A stretch of DNA of 64,000 bases from Nemertoderma westbladi (Eukaryota; Animalia; Xenacoelomorpha): contig JAUCBJ010001594.1 in NCBI GenBank assembly GCA_032718475.1, positions 6,540-70,539 on the forward strand, in the 5' to 3' direction. Shown piece by piece: positions 11,888-23,645 of the stretch. Every line of letters begins with the position of its first letter. The stretch's first letter is position 1. The translations under genes and the position numbers were made by a program. The notes beneath the pieces were generated by a model that saw nothing but the letters and a program-made list of their open reading frames with translations, did no database searches and was not told the origin of the DNA.

Positions 11888-13690
11888 ATAACGTCCCCTC
11901 CATACTCAATAACGTCACAACCAGACTCAATAACGTCACACCCTTACTAAATAACGTCCCTCCCGTACTCAATAAAGTAAGGTCCCCTCCATACTCAATA
12001 ACGTCCCAACCAGACTCAATAACGTCACCTCCATACTCAATAACCTCCCCTCCATACTCAATAACGTCCCATCCAGACTCAATAACGTCCCAACCACACT
12101 CAATAACATACCACCCAGGGTCAATAACGTTCCCTCACTCAATAACGTCCCTCCCGTACTCAATAAAGTAAGGTCCCCTCCATACTCAATAACGTCCCAG
12201 CCAGACTCAATAACATCCCACACAGACTCAATAACGTCCCCTCCATACTCAATAACGTCACAACCAGACTCAATAACGTCACACCCTTACTAAATAACGT
12301 CCCTCCCGTACTCAATAAAGTAAGGTCCCCTCCATACTCAATAACGTCCCAACCAGACTCAATAACGTCCCCTCCATACTCAATAACGTCCCACACAGAC
12401 TCAATAACGTCCCCTCCATACTCAATAACGTCACAACCAGACTCAATAACGTCACACCCTTACTAAATAACGTCCCTCCCGTACTCAATAAAGTAAGGTC
12501 CCCTCCATACTCAATAACGTCCCAACCAGACTCAATAACGTCACCTCCATACTCAATAACGTCCCCTCCATACTCAATAACGTCCCCTCCATACTCAATA
12601 ACGTCCCAACCAGACTCAATAACATCCCACTCATACTCAATAACATCCCACCCATACTCAATATCATCCCCTCTATACTCAATAACGTCCCAACCATACC
12701 CAATAGCAATAACGTCCCCTCCATAATCAATAACATCCCAACCAGACTCAATAACGTGCCAACCAGACTCAATAACGTCCCAACCAGACTCAATAACGTG
12801 CCAACCATACTCAATAACGTGCCAACCAGACTCAATAACGTCCCAACCAGACTCAATAACGTGCCAACCAGACTCAATAACGTCCCAACCAGACTCAATA
12901 ACATCCCACTCATACTCAATAACATCCCACCCATACTCAATATCATCCCCTCTATACTCAATAACGTCCCAACCATACCCAATAGCAATAACGTCCCCTC
13001 CATACTCAATAACGTCCCAACCAGACTCAATAACGTCCCAACCAGACACAATAACGTCCCAACCAGACTCAATAACATCCCACTCATACTCAATAACATC
13101 CCACCCATACTCAATATCATCCCCTCTATACTCAATAACGTCCCAACCAGACTCAATAACGTCCCCTCCATAATCAATAACATACCCATACTCAATAACG
13201 TCCCAACCATACTCAATAACGTCCCAACCAGACTCAATAACGTCCCAACCAGACACAATAACGTCCCAACCAGACTCAATAACATCCCACTCATACTCAA
13301 TAACATCCCACCCATACTCAATATCATCCCCTCTATACTCAATAACGTCCCAACCAGACTCAATAACGTCCCCTCCATAATCAATAACATACCCATACTC
13401 AATAACGTCCCAACCAGACTCAATAACGTCCCAACCAGACTCAATAACTGCCCAACGTGCCAACCAGACTCAATAACGTCCCAACCAGACTCAATAACAT
13501 CCCACCCATACTCAATAACATCCCCTCTATACTCAATAACGTCCCAACCAGACTCAATAACGTCCCCTCCATAATCAATAACATACCCCATACTCAATAA
13601 CATCCCCTCTATACTCAATAACGTCCCAACCAGACTCAATAACGGCCCCTCCATACTCAATAACATACCAACCAGACTCAATAACGCTTC
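11888..13690. repeat. 21-bp minisatellite (consensus ACTCAATAACGTCCCAACCAG) with higher-order blocks
   Basis: Direct tandem units. The long ORFs on both strands arise because the unit length is a multiple of 3. Confidence 0.95.
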
Positions 13691-13737
13691 ACCCAACTCA
13701 CTACGTATATTCCATTATATAATTAATTATCAGCTAC

Positions 13738-14510
13738 TTTTTTTCACCATTGTGAGGCGAGCCACGAAGTCGTTGCTTACAGATCAGTACGGCCCCAATT
13801 GGCATGGTCTGTCTGTCTGTGTTTGTCTACCTGGTTCAATGCTTGAAGACCAATATCTCAGCAACGGCTTGTACTAATTTATTGAGATTTAGTACTAAGT
13901 GTCAGCAGTAGACGAAAAGTGTCGGCTGTAGACGAAACGTTTTGTAAAAAATTGCAGAGAATTTCTCTAGGAAGAGCGACTTCCTAAATTCCTTCCAATT
14001 TAGGATGTAAAATACAGAATTTTCACACCGTATAATGCCTATTGGGGGTGTACGAAAAACTTACGCGAAGTTCCACAGACATCGTGCGTGTGAATCACAT
14101 CAACGTGTACTGCTATATAATGTTAGTTGATTCATGAACGTAGTTTTTATTTTAACTATTTCCCTTGTGTTGTTGTCTGTAAATAAATTTACCTCAATGG
14201 TGTCTGCGCCTTGTGTAATCCCGTATGTAGTGTGACCCACTCCTATTTAGTGTAATCCCGTATGTGGTGTGACCCACTCCTATTTAGTGTAATCCCGTAT
14301 GTGGTGTGACCCACTCCTATTTAGTGTAATCCCGTATGTAGTGTGACCCACTCCTATTTAGTGTAATCCCGTATGTAGTGTGACCCACTCCTATTTAGTG
14401 TAATCCCGTATGTATTGTGACCCACTCCTATTTAGTGTAATCCTGTAGTGTGACCAATCATATTATTTAGTGTAATTCAATAGCCAGACTCGCCTTACGA
14501 TACCTTTTAT
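13738..14510 (+). mobile_element. DINE-1/HINE-like (Helentron-associated) non-autonomous element carrying an internal tandem array
   Basis: T-run, then TTGTGAGGCGAG (~13751) with inverted partner CTCGCCTTACGA (~14489) followed by TTTT. (GTCT)n microsatellite at ~13807 is followed by a DINE-like core (AATATCTCAGCAACGGCT...). Confidence 0.55.
14213..14478. repeat. 37-bp tandem repeat, about 7 copies
   Basis: Unit GTGTAATCCCGTATGTAGTGTGACCCACTCCTATTTA. Confidence 0.95.
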
Positions 14511-15224
14511 TAATCATGGCCGGACTTACTGTAGCTTAGCAACCAGTATACTTACCATCTCCTGGTAGACCAGAAGTTATCAAATCAAACAACCGAAGCC
14601 TCATCATAATTATATATTAAGCTGATTTTTAATTTCGTGTTTGTGTGTTGAACTCTTTTACCACTGTCGACTAAATAAAGTTATTGTTTATTTAACTGTT
14701 GTAAATAAACCCATCGATTGTCACTCTGTAGTCGTTCATATAAATACTACCTGATTTCATATGATTTTTTATCTCAGCTCGTTTTCTTATACTTACCCAA
14801 GTTAAATATTTCCAAATTTTTTGTTCGACCTAATAGACAGCAGCCTTACGCCTCCTTATTTCATTAAATCGGAATGTTACGTCTCCTTCACTTATTCCAT
14901 AATATATTTTCTCATGTTTTGTTGCAATATTCGAATAATATTTATCATTCTGTGTAAGCCCTACTTATTAGGGCGTTAAAGAATATGTCACTGAATTTAT
15001 CTGGATTTCTGACCCCAATTTATTATCTATCGTTAAGTGTCTTTATTTGACACACCACTTTGTCAAAACATAACACCCCACTCACCCCCCTTAAAATTAT
15101 ACATCAAAGCTTTGCGCTGGGATAAAGATAGACTTCCAAAAATGTCACAAGTTGAAAAGTACTGTTTACCCGAATCTTGGTACAAAAACGATAAAAGTGA
15201 TTACATAGAACTTATATACAAGAC

Positions 15225-15925
15225 TTCTAGACGCCCAACCCCCGCCCCCTCATCCTATAACCCATCTGTAGACTCCCAACCCCCGCCCCCATTATCCTAT
15301 AACCCGTCTGTAGACCCCCAACCCCCGCCTCCCTTATCCTATAACCCATCTCTAGACCCCCAACCCCCGCCCCCTCATCCTATAACCCATCTCTAGACCC
15401 CCAACCCCCGCCCCCTCATCCTATAACCCATCTCTAGACCCACAACCCCCGCCCCCCTTATCCTATAACCCATCTCTAGACCCCCAACCCCCGCCCCCTC
15501 ATCCTATAACCCATCTCTAGACCCGCAACCCCCGCCCCCTCATCCTATAACCCATCTCTAGACCCCAACCCCCGCCCCCTCATCCTATAACCCATCTGTA
15601 GACTCCCAACCCCCGCCCCATCATCCTATAACCCATCTCTAGACCCCAACCCCCGCCCCCTCATCCTATAACCCATCTGTAGACTCCCAACCCCCGCCCC
15701 CTCATCCTATAACCCATCTCTAGACCCCAACCCCCGCCCCCTCATCCTATAACCCATCTGTAGACTCCCAACCCCCGCCCCATCATCCTATAACCCATCT
15801 CTAGACCCCCGCCCCCTTTATCATATGACCCATCTCTAGAAGCCCAACACCCGCCTCCCTTATCCTATAACCCATTTCTAGACCCCCAACCCCCGCCCCC
15901 TCATCCTATAACCCATCTCTAAACC
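15225..15925. repeat. C-rich 40-42-bp minisatellite, about 17 copies
   Basis: Unit approximately CCCCCAACCCCCGCCCCCTCATCCTATAACCCATCTCTAGA. Confidence 0.95.
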
Positions 15926-16563
15926 CTCTCTAAAGGTAAGGGTTTACGATTCGGTGGAATCAACTTTCATTTTAACTTTCTGTGTGACATGTTTTTATAA
16001 ACGCCGCTGTTGTAATGATGTTTAATTCGGTAGTGGTTCTCTCAATATCTAAGTTCACGTTCTCTCCATCAATCTGTACAGATAATTAATTTAATTGAAG
16101 GCGTAATTAACTTCAGTTTTTAGTATTTTTCTCTTATCAATCATTCGCGCTATATTTTTATATTAATATTTGATAATGTTGACGTACTACTGTAAATGAT
16201 AAAACCTATTAATCGTTGAATCAACGACCTTTTTTTTCATTATCACCTTATAAATTTGAAGTAGATAAAGTTTCCATCGGTACATTCAAACCGCTATAAT
16301 AATGGTGAAGAATAACAGCAGTGCGACCGACTGGGGCAATATCGACTGAGATACATTTTTAAAACGATCGCAGCTAAAGATTGAACTCAACCAGGTCAAA
16401 TAACTAGAACGCCAGCAAGCTGGCTAGCTTTAAGAAGACCGTCTATAACACAAAAAAACAGAAAAAACGAAATTATAATTCCCATCAAATGTAAACATCT
16501 CCCTCCAAGCTGTCACGGAGAAAGTAGAATTAATGTCACGCCCAACCAGTTCGCAACCCTGTA

Positions 16564-17176
16564 CGGTACTTTGTTCCAAAATCGACGTTTGCGAACTTTG
16601 TACCAATGGGTAGCGAACTTAGTTCCAATGAATGCGAACTTTGTTCCAATAAATACGAACTTAGTTCCAATGCTTCTTTGCGAACTTTGTTCCAATAATT
16701 GCGAGCTTTGTTCCAATTGGAAGTTTACAAAAATAAACGAATTAAAATTAATCAGGTTTTTTAATGAGTACCTTAGAATATATATCAAAATATATGCGGT
16801 CAACTATTTTTTACTTCAGTGTTGTAGACTAGTTTAGGCTAAACACTCGAATTATTAGATATTAGAGTGCGAGGCGAGGCGGAACGTGCGAAGCCACACG
16901 GTGGTGTATGGTGTAGAGTAGGCGTCTTGCCTCACAATAGGTTAAATGATAGTTATGGACTGGAACACTGAAGGAAATTGTTGGTACTGAATCTATTCGT
17001 AATCGTAATATCTTGTTGTTATGCCGGTATTCTTATGTTAGTTATTAAAAACCTATGGGGTGGGATTCATTGGAACAAAGTTCGCATCTATTGGAACAAA
17101 GTTCGTAACTATTGGAACAAAGTTCGCATCCCATTGGAGCAAAGTTCGCAAAAGTAGGTTTTGGAACAAAGTACCG
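16564..17176. mobile_element. MITE/foldback-type element with modular terminal inverted repeats
   Basis: Left CGGTACTTTGTTCCAAAA followed by (GCGAACTTTGTTCCAAT)n; right (ATTGGAACAAAGTTCGC)n followed by TTTTGGAACAAAGTACCG. No TSD identified. Confidence 0.75.
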
Positions 17177-17743
17177 ACACGCTAACAGTCTTCTAATAAT
17201 ATACCACTTAACTATTCCTAAACCACAGGACACAATAATTTAGCACTTTAAGTAGAAGACCGTTAGGACTTCTTACTGTAAAAGTATTCACTATGTATCT
17301 GTATATAGGGTGAACTCCTCCAAAGCTATAGCTCGTCCGTCAATGAAACTTATATCAATCGACGCAGCTCAAACCCAGGATGTGTAAAAAAAAGTTTCGA
17401 AAAAAATTATTAAAGTGTCTTTTTTTATTTCGAAAAATAGCCGGAAAACACGAAAATTGCCATCAACTCAACGATATAAACACCAGCTGCTGGTGCTCAT
17501 GGCGGGCCTAGTAAAGCTACTACTATTGATTGAAATGGCTAGGCCCAAACTGCAGAGAAGTATATTATTTGCCAATAAGTTTATTACTATCTCACTCTAT
17601 CCCAGACAGAAAGCAAACATTGTACCTAATGTATTAGCCAGCCAGCTGAATAGCTCTTCCCAGAGAATCCTATGGGAATATCTAATGGGTTACTCACTGC
17701 TATGTTAGGTGGGACACAAGCTGATTGAATTATAAGGACTGGG

Positions 17744-18375
17744 CCGTTCAAATGTGGGGCGAGACACGTAGTCGGCGAGCCTTTGCATACGGTTCATATA
17801 GGGCAAATGGGGCATGTCCGTCTGTCTGTCTGTCCGTCCGTCCGTCTGTCTGGTAAATGTTTGAACGCGAATTTCTCGGCATCGCTCGTTCGGAATTGAA
17901 CCAAACTTAGTAGGTAAGTAGTAGAGAGAAAGTTTAGAAAGTTTGTAAAGTTTGGTCAAAAATCATGCAGTCTGACGTCAGCTACGACAGATTATGTGGT
18001 TTTTAGAAAATGTTAAATTTCTCGGGAAGGCCTCATTTTCCTGAGCTGAAATTTTGGTGGCCTGTAGAGAATCATGAGGTCTATCTTTTACGAAATTGAA
18101 AAGTTAAGACATTTAATTGGGGATCCGCTAGAGACTCAGAAGTAATGACATAGGCCTACCGGTACGGTACTGCTGTACAGTGCTGCACTGGTAAGTACGA
18201 AATTGCAGAATAACAATTTGACACCACCTAGCGGATTAACATATGATTGTATATCGAATGAATACATTTATAGCATGGGATATGGGGTCCAAACTAGACA
18301 TGCCCCATTTGCTCTATATGAACCGTATGCCAAGGCTTGCCGACTACGTGCTGCGCGAAGTCCCCACGAACGTGT
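17744..18375. mobile_element. non-autonomous element with 60-75-bp inverted termini and a (GTCY)n DINE-like core
   Basis: CACGTAGTCGGCGAGCCTTTGCATACGGTTCATATAGGGCAAATGGGGCATGTC (~17766-17818) is inverted at ~18297-18350. A GTCT/GTCC microsatellite follows the left arm. Confidence 0.65.
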
Positions 18376-18984
18376 TTTATAGGTTAATAATAATGACATT
18401 TAGGGGGTGGGATATCTCTCTCTTAAACTGTAAGCAAAGCTGTTCGATGGGGTGAGGGACCCAACTACACTACGTTTGTCTTATTGCCGCCAGCTTGTTG
18501 GCTTTTAGTTATATTACAGCCATACCCATACAAGTGTAAAAATTAAGCTCTGTGGCCTGTACATTTCCGTATAAAATTATATAAAATAAGCTTCTTGCCG
18601 TCAAAAAATATATGTTTGTTTGTTGGTCTGTGTGTGTGCGTGCACATTGATATTGGCTTGGAAGAGAACGTGTTCCACATGTTGGGATATCAAGTATTCT
18701 TGCAGCTTTAACTCCGTCTTCGTTCAATCCAATATTCCACTAACAATCAGTCAGCTATAATCACAACAGCTCTGCCGTGCAATGTAAAAAGACTATGTAA
18801 TGTTATAATCGAGAACACCGTATCTACTCTAGTTCTTAAGATATGCAATGTAGAAAGGCCGTAAGTCAACAAATGTATAGTGTTACAAAGGTAAAAGACC
18901 GTAAGTGCAATACAAAAGACCGCAACTAATTAAATTTATGCAAAAAACCGAAGTCTCAAGACTTGCGGTGTTTTGTCATTGCCT

Positions 18985-19392
18985 ACTGGCTCCAGAAGTC
19001 GAGTCGAGGAAATCCTGCCAAGCACCTAACTGATCTAGACTTTGCTGATGACTTAGTAGTACTCTCGAAATCACTAGAGGGAGCCCAACGGCTCCTCAGC
19101 TCATTAGAACATGCTGCTTCTAGTGTTGGTCTTTTTATTAACTCCAGAAAGACCAAAATTTTGACAGTTAACTTTGAAAGTCCTCAGCAAGTCTCTGATC
19201 GGATGAGCATAAGCTCAAAGGATGGTATGCTTGAGCATGTGGACGACTTCTGTTACCTGGGATCATGGATCCGGAAGTCAGGTGAGGACCTTCGAATACG
19301 TAAGGGAAAGGCATGGGCAACCTTGAATAGGCTTTCCAGGATTTGGAAGTCACCGAGAATTAATCGGAAACTTAAGGTCCGATTATTTAGAA
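18985..19392 (+). pseudogene. RTE-like non-LTR retrotransposon RT fragment (5' part, interrupted by a Penelope-like element)
   Basis: LDFADDL catalytic motif, then VGLFINSRKTK, LEHVDDFCYLGS and RIWKS...LKVRLFRT. Confidence 0.85.
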
Positions 19393-20466
19393 CAACTAAA
19401 CTATGCATTCAACTCCGCCTGCTCAGACCTATACAATAACAACTCTATACAGTTTACCGTAGACTACTCCAGAAAATCCATAAACTACCTAGATGTTACT
19501 ATTCAAGCTTCAAACTCAACAAAACTAACAACCAAAATATATAGGAAACCAATGTCTAATAAACTACCCATCGCATACTCAAGCTTCCACCACAAACCAT
19601 CCTTGCTAGCCATAGTTCGAGCTGAACTGCTGCGCATTCGCCGACTAACGGATTCAACAAATCATTTCAAACAACAAAGGCATTTATATCTCGAAAAGTG
19701 TAAACTCAGAGGATACCCCTTGAACTTCCTTTTAAGTTTGTATGCGTGGGACCCACCCCAATGTTCAACATTCACTGCCGCCGAACACGATCAGGACTTT
19801 CCGCATTCACCAAGCCATACCAATCAACAAAACAACATAAAACCTCCTACCCAACGTTTCTATCTGTCAACGACACCACAATTTATCCCTACCCTCAGCA
19901 AAGTTGTGCGTCGGCATAACAGACGAGTTCAGCACCTTGGTGTAACATTACAAACTGTCCCACGAAATGCACCTACTTTGGGAAAACTTCTAATACGTAA
20001 ACAGGAACCACAAACAGCTCCAGGTAACCATCCATGTTTGCAACCCCGCTGCCTCACCTGCTTGGCAATTACGGATATGAAAGAGACACCATGGGGCGAG
20101 CCAATCATCGGGAGGTTTGATTGTAAATCCAGCAACATTCTCTATACCATTAAATGTAAAACTCACCCCTATCAATACTACCTCGGTCAAACTGAACAAC
20201 GTCTGCACAAGAGGCTCAATAAACATCGGGAGAACATCAACAGCTACAGGAAAGCTCTGGATAAGGCAATAAAGAACAACAAGCCGATATGTACTGTGAC
20301 AACAACTGACCCGGAGGTGCTATTGCTTCAACATTTCAGTAGCTGTAATAATTACGAAGTAACATGCGTCCAGCAATTTCGTAACCACCAGCGTCGTATT
20401 CATACTGAAGCATTACTCATTAATTGCCACCGCCCACCCCTCAATAAACTGGTACCACTTCTATAG
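19393..20466 (+). CDS. Penelope-like RT C-terminus/thumb plus GIY-YIG endonuclease (N-terminally truncated)
   Basis: The frame upstream of the listed ATG reads IQFTVDYSRKSINYLDVTI...IYRKPMSN...YSSFHH. A CxxxxCxxC linker (CLQPRCLTC) precedes GIY-YIG motifs NILYTIKC...YYLGQT...RLNKHR...E...PLN. Confidence 0.88.
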   Translation, partial: QLNYAFNSACSDLYNNNSIQFTVDYSRKSINYLDVTIQASNSTKLTTKIYRKPMSNKLPIAYSSFHHKPSLLAIVRAELLRIRRLTDSTNHFKQQRHLYLEKCKLRGYPLNFLLSLYAWDPPQCSTFTAAEHDQDFPHSPSHTNQQNNIKPPTQRFYLSTTPQFIPTLSKVVRRHNRRVQHLGVTLQTVPRNAPTLGKLLIRKQEPQTAPGNHPCLQPRCLTCLAITDMKETPWGEPIIGRFDCKSSNILYTIKCKTHPYQYYLGQTEQRLHKRLNKHRENINSYRKALDKAIKNNKPICTVTTTDPEVLLLQHFSSCNNYEVTCVQQFRNHQRRIHTEALLINCHRPPLNKLVPLL

Positions 20467-21218
20467 AATGAAACTTCGACCCGATGGCTCGCCCCCACCT
20501 AACATTTGGATGTAACAAACTCACACCACCTCTAATAATTAATTAACTGTGCAGTACGCTCTACTTGCTGTAATATACATTGTGTCAGCCAGCTGTAATG
20601 TACGTACTATAGCCGAACATATTAGTATTCAATAGGAAATACCAAAACAAAAACTTTTTTTTAAAAATTGTAATACGTAATCTTGTAGGGATTCCCTTTA
20701 TTTAGTAACAGTAATATGTGTCCTTTTATCCCCCTCTATTTTATGGCTTAGGTATTCTTTCCCTTCTTTTAAATATATTTTTAAATTATTTTTTATTTCA
20801 GAACCAACATTTTTTTTTTTTTTAGAATTTTTTTACCCTTTTACCAGCCTCACTTTTATTTGTAAATTTGTAACTCAACGACTTAATATTGGAACCAACA
20901 ATTTTTAACAATTTTTAATCATTTAATGGTTTTAACGTTACCCACCCTTTTTACACCTCTTCATTTAGCACCCTTTTTTATTTTATTTTTAATTTTTAAA
21001 TTTAATATTGAACGTCTAATACCTTAACAACACTTGTAGCCTACAATTATATCTCTAGGCCTACATACAGTATTATGATAAATCTAAATATGTTAATCTA
21101 ATACATCCTATCATACTGTGTATATCGGAATTTGGTGGCATAATAATTGGTTGTACCGTACGTTAAATTTAATATTATGGTTTAGGTTTATAAATTGTGT
21201 TTTAATGTTGTTTTAATT

Positions 21219-21262
21219 TATTTACTGAAGACGTCCGTGAGGATGAAATGGCCATATAAATA
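21219..21262 (+). ncRNA. minimal type I hammerhead ribozyme in the Penelope pLTR
   Basis: Layout TATTTA (stem I) - CTGAAGA-C - GTCC GTGA GGAT (stem II) - GAAA - TGGCCA (palindromic stem III) - TA^ - TAAATA (stem I'). Predicted cleavage after 21256. Confidence 0.8.
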
Positions 21263-21383
21263 GAAACTGTTTTCGTTAACCGTGGCATTAGACCCTTTCT
21301 ACAGTCATTATCCCTGAAGTTATAATTATGGATACGCCACGAACGGCATCATTTCGACTTCTTTCCCATTTAAATATAAATCT

Positions 21384-21470
21384 CTGGATGGCACATTCAC
21401 AAGAATGCTACGCCGGGTTCATTGTGTCAAGTACAATGCACACATCTCCAACCAGACACTATCTCCAACC
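21384..21470 (+). pseudogene. RTE-like ORF continuation downstream of the Penelope insertion
   Basis: Translates as LDGTFTRMLRRVHCVKYNAHISNQTL, the segment that follows LKVRLF in RTE-type ORFs. Confidence 0.7.
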
Positions 21471-21723
21471 AGACAACCGCCCCCCAGTTCTGAGTTTTTA
21501 GGAACTTATCGCCCTCGAGTCTTTTCGCCACCGAGTCTTTACCGCCGCTGGTCCTTTATGGCCCCTGTCATTATATACAGGATACTTTCCCCCAACTTTC
21601 TCATACTTCCTCTTGTAGAGGGGTAGGCCTACAGACAGGTATAATACGAATGGAAGTAATTGGCGAATGTGAAATTATGGCTACATATAAATAAATTATA
21701 TCAGTTATTTGTTTATTGGTTTA

Positions 21724-21902
21724 GGCCGCGTTCACACTACCGAGTCAAAGTCAAAATAAAATAAATATAGCTAGCTAGCAATAATAAATAATAATACATA
21801 GGCCTAATATAATACATAAGGGCATTCTAGAAAAAATTAAATTTCTTGTGATGTGTTTTACATGTTGTCTTTTGACTTTGACTCGGTAGTATTAATGCGG
21901 TC
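21724..21902. mobile_element. PIF/Harbinger (Tourist-like) MITE
   Basis: ~33-bp TIRs (GGCCGCGTTCACACTACCGAGTCAAAGTCAAAA and TTTTGACTTTGACTCGGTAGTATTAATGCGGTC) flanked by a TTA TSD at 21721-23 and 21903-05. Confidence 0.8.
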
Positions 21903-22017
21903 TTAGACAGAATTGCTAAATTTACGAAATACCTCCAGTTTTACATTTCAGTATAAATAAGTTTATTGTTATTTGTCAGTGAACGAATTCATATTGATTA
22001 TCTCTATATCCATTACT

Positions 22018-23181
22018 TTAATCTGAACTGCTTTGAGTGTTTTCGTCAACGTCAAATACTCGTTCTGGTAAATAAAAATCATCGGAATCTGTTGGCTCTG
22101 CATCACAAACACGACGAAATGGTGGTTTCATATCCGTGAAAACTTGTAGATTTTCTAGTAGATTTATCATCCCAAAACACCCTCTCTTGGTCCCAGCTAG
22201 AGTGTCGAGTATTTTTTCAATGTGGCTCTGAAATAATTTACACACTGCTTGGCATCTATCAGTAGTGTTTGGCAAACATCTACTACTCTCAACATGATCC
22301 CTGAAACATCCAACCACCACATTGCCAACCATGTAACGAAGTTCACTATTGTACGCCGCGATGTTAAGCGGCAGGACACTGAAGTCTACTAAATTGTCGA
22401 TAAACTTCTCTAATAAATCAGGATTGAGCGTAAATTTGTAAGACATCTGATATAAGTCGCTGTGACCGAATCCGAATGTTTCAACCCAGTTCACTGCAGC
22501 CCTAAGTAGGTTGGGAACGTGACTTCCATCATCAGCTGTGTACAATTTATCCAGATCAAACATAAATTTCCTTGCACATAATTTAATTCGACTTGCGTCT
22601 TCTCTCGCTTCACTCTCGCTAACACTTCCCGTTGGCGAATATAAATGGGTTTTCTTTGTTTTAAAGAATTTCCACTCGATTATTCCATGATCCCCAAAAG
22701 CTACAACCATTGAGTCTACCTCACTCTCGTTCATAAAATAAAACACAACTTCTACTTCGTATGGAAGAGGTTCTTTAACGAAGACTTTAAGCTTCTGTGT
22801 TGACATTCGTTGATAACCTATGCCCGTAAACGAAACTTTTTGAATCACTCTTCCACTACTGTGACTTAACAATTCTAAAACGAGATATTTCTCGTCTTTC
22901 AGTATAACTTTCGACAAGAAATAATCTCGTGTCACCTTATCTGAATCCCCGTTATCTTCTTGAGTAATTTTAACACTAAGTTGTAATACAATTTTATAAA
23001 ATATTGTAGAAGAGGCGTCTCCTTGTAGTACCTTATCGATTCTTATATTTTTATGAATTTTCTGTAGTTCCTCTTTTTCGCTGTCGTTTATCCAACCCGA
23101 CGCTAGATGGCGTTCGTTAGGGTACGCGTCCACAAACGGATTAAGAAAATCCCTTATAGGTATTGAATAAATCGATTCCAT
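22018..23181 (-). CDS. intronless 387-aa protein, possible PH-like plus degenerate RhoGAP-like domain
   Basis: Uninterrupted ORF in AT-rich DNA. FMFDLDKLY...VPNLLRAAVNWVETFGFGHSDLYQMS resembles the RhoGAP N-terminal block (FGxxL...VPxxxxxxxxxIExxGxxxxGLYRxS) with Q at the arginine-finger position. The upstream region is beta-rich and ends in a helix. Confidence 0.55.
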   Translation of the reverse strand: MESIYSIPIRDFLNPFVDAYPNERHLASGWINDSEKEELQKIHKNIRIDKVLQGDASSTIFYKIVLQLSVKITQEDNGDSDKVTRDYFLSKVILKDEKYLVLELLSHSSGRVIQKVSFTGIGYQRMSTQKLKVFVKEPLPYEVEVVFYFMNESEVDSMVVAFGDHGIIEWKFFKTKKTHLYSPTGSVSESEAREDASRIKLCARKFMFDLDKLYTADDGSHVPNLLRAAVNWVETFGFGHSDLYQMSYKFTLNPDLLEKFIDNLVDFSVLPLNIAAYNSELRYMVGNVVVGCFRDHVESSRCLPNTTDRCQAVCKLFQSHIEKILDTLAGTKRGCFGMINLLENLQVFTDMKPPFRRVCDAEPTDSDDFYLPERVFDVDENTQSSSD

Positions 23182-23379
23182 TATGATAATTTAATTGTTG
23201 CCGTAATTTGATACTCAATAATTATATTATTTTCGGGAGGTACGATTATAGGCCTATAATGATTATTATTAGATTATATTAAAAACGATATTAAATAAGA
23301 TTTTATAAAATTGAAGTTAAAATTGAGAGAAAACCATTTTTACTACTCAACTGTTTTCAAAAATATACCTTATAAAAAC

Positions 23380-23645
23380 GCCTCCGCTTTGCAGGACATT
23401 GCTTTCGCCGTGAGGACCAGCCAGTGCACAATCTTGTACTTTGGCAGCCTCATGTAGTGAATAAGCATGGTGGACAGCCCATGACTTTCTTGAGACGCAT
23501 CTTAAAGGACACTGGCCTTGAAGATGCGGATCATCTAGCAAATGTCATTGGTGATAGGGAGTTGTGGCGGTACAATTTTGTCGATAAGCCGGCACAGCAT
23601 TCTTAAAAATGCAGCTGCAATGCAGCATGCCGATCCTAGTAGTAG
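23380..23645 (+). mobile_element. 5'-truncated RTE-like LINE 3' end
   Basis: Encodes LRFAGHCFRREDQPVHNLVLWQPH...GQP, ends in a (TAG)n tail, and has TSD TTATAAAAAC at 23370-79 and 23646-55. Confidence 0.85.

Larger units (their letters stand above)
19393..21380 (+). mobile_element. 5'-truncated Penelope-like element (Neptune-type), including an AT-rich 3'/pLTR region
   Basis: Begins in frame with PLE RT C-terminal motifs, continues into a GIY-YIG endonuclease, and has a hammerhead ribozyme in the 3' region. Both flanks are consecutive parts of an RTE ORF. Confidence 0.85.

Noticed and set aside
11969-13696. Long repetitive ORFs (GWDVIES, GTLLSLV, LNNVPTR) as real proteins
   Set aside because: They are open in several frames on both strands because the 21-bp unit lacks stops, and they have no unique N- or C-terminal coding context.
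18963-20466. A single novel RT plus GIY-YIG retroelement gene
   Set aside because: The RT piece is RTE-like and continues after 21384. The GIY-YIG ORF has its own PLE RT C-terminus in a different frame.
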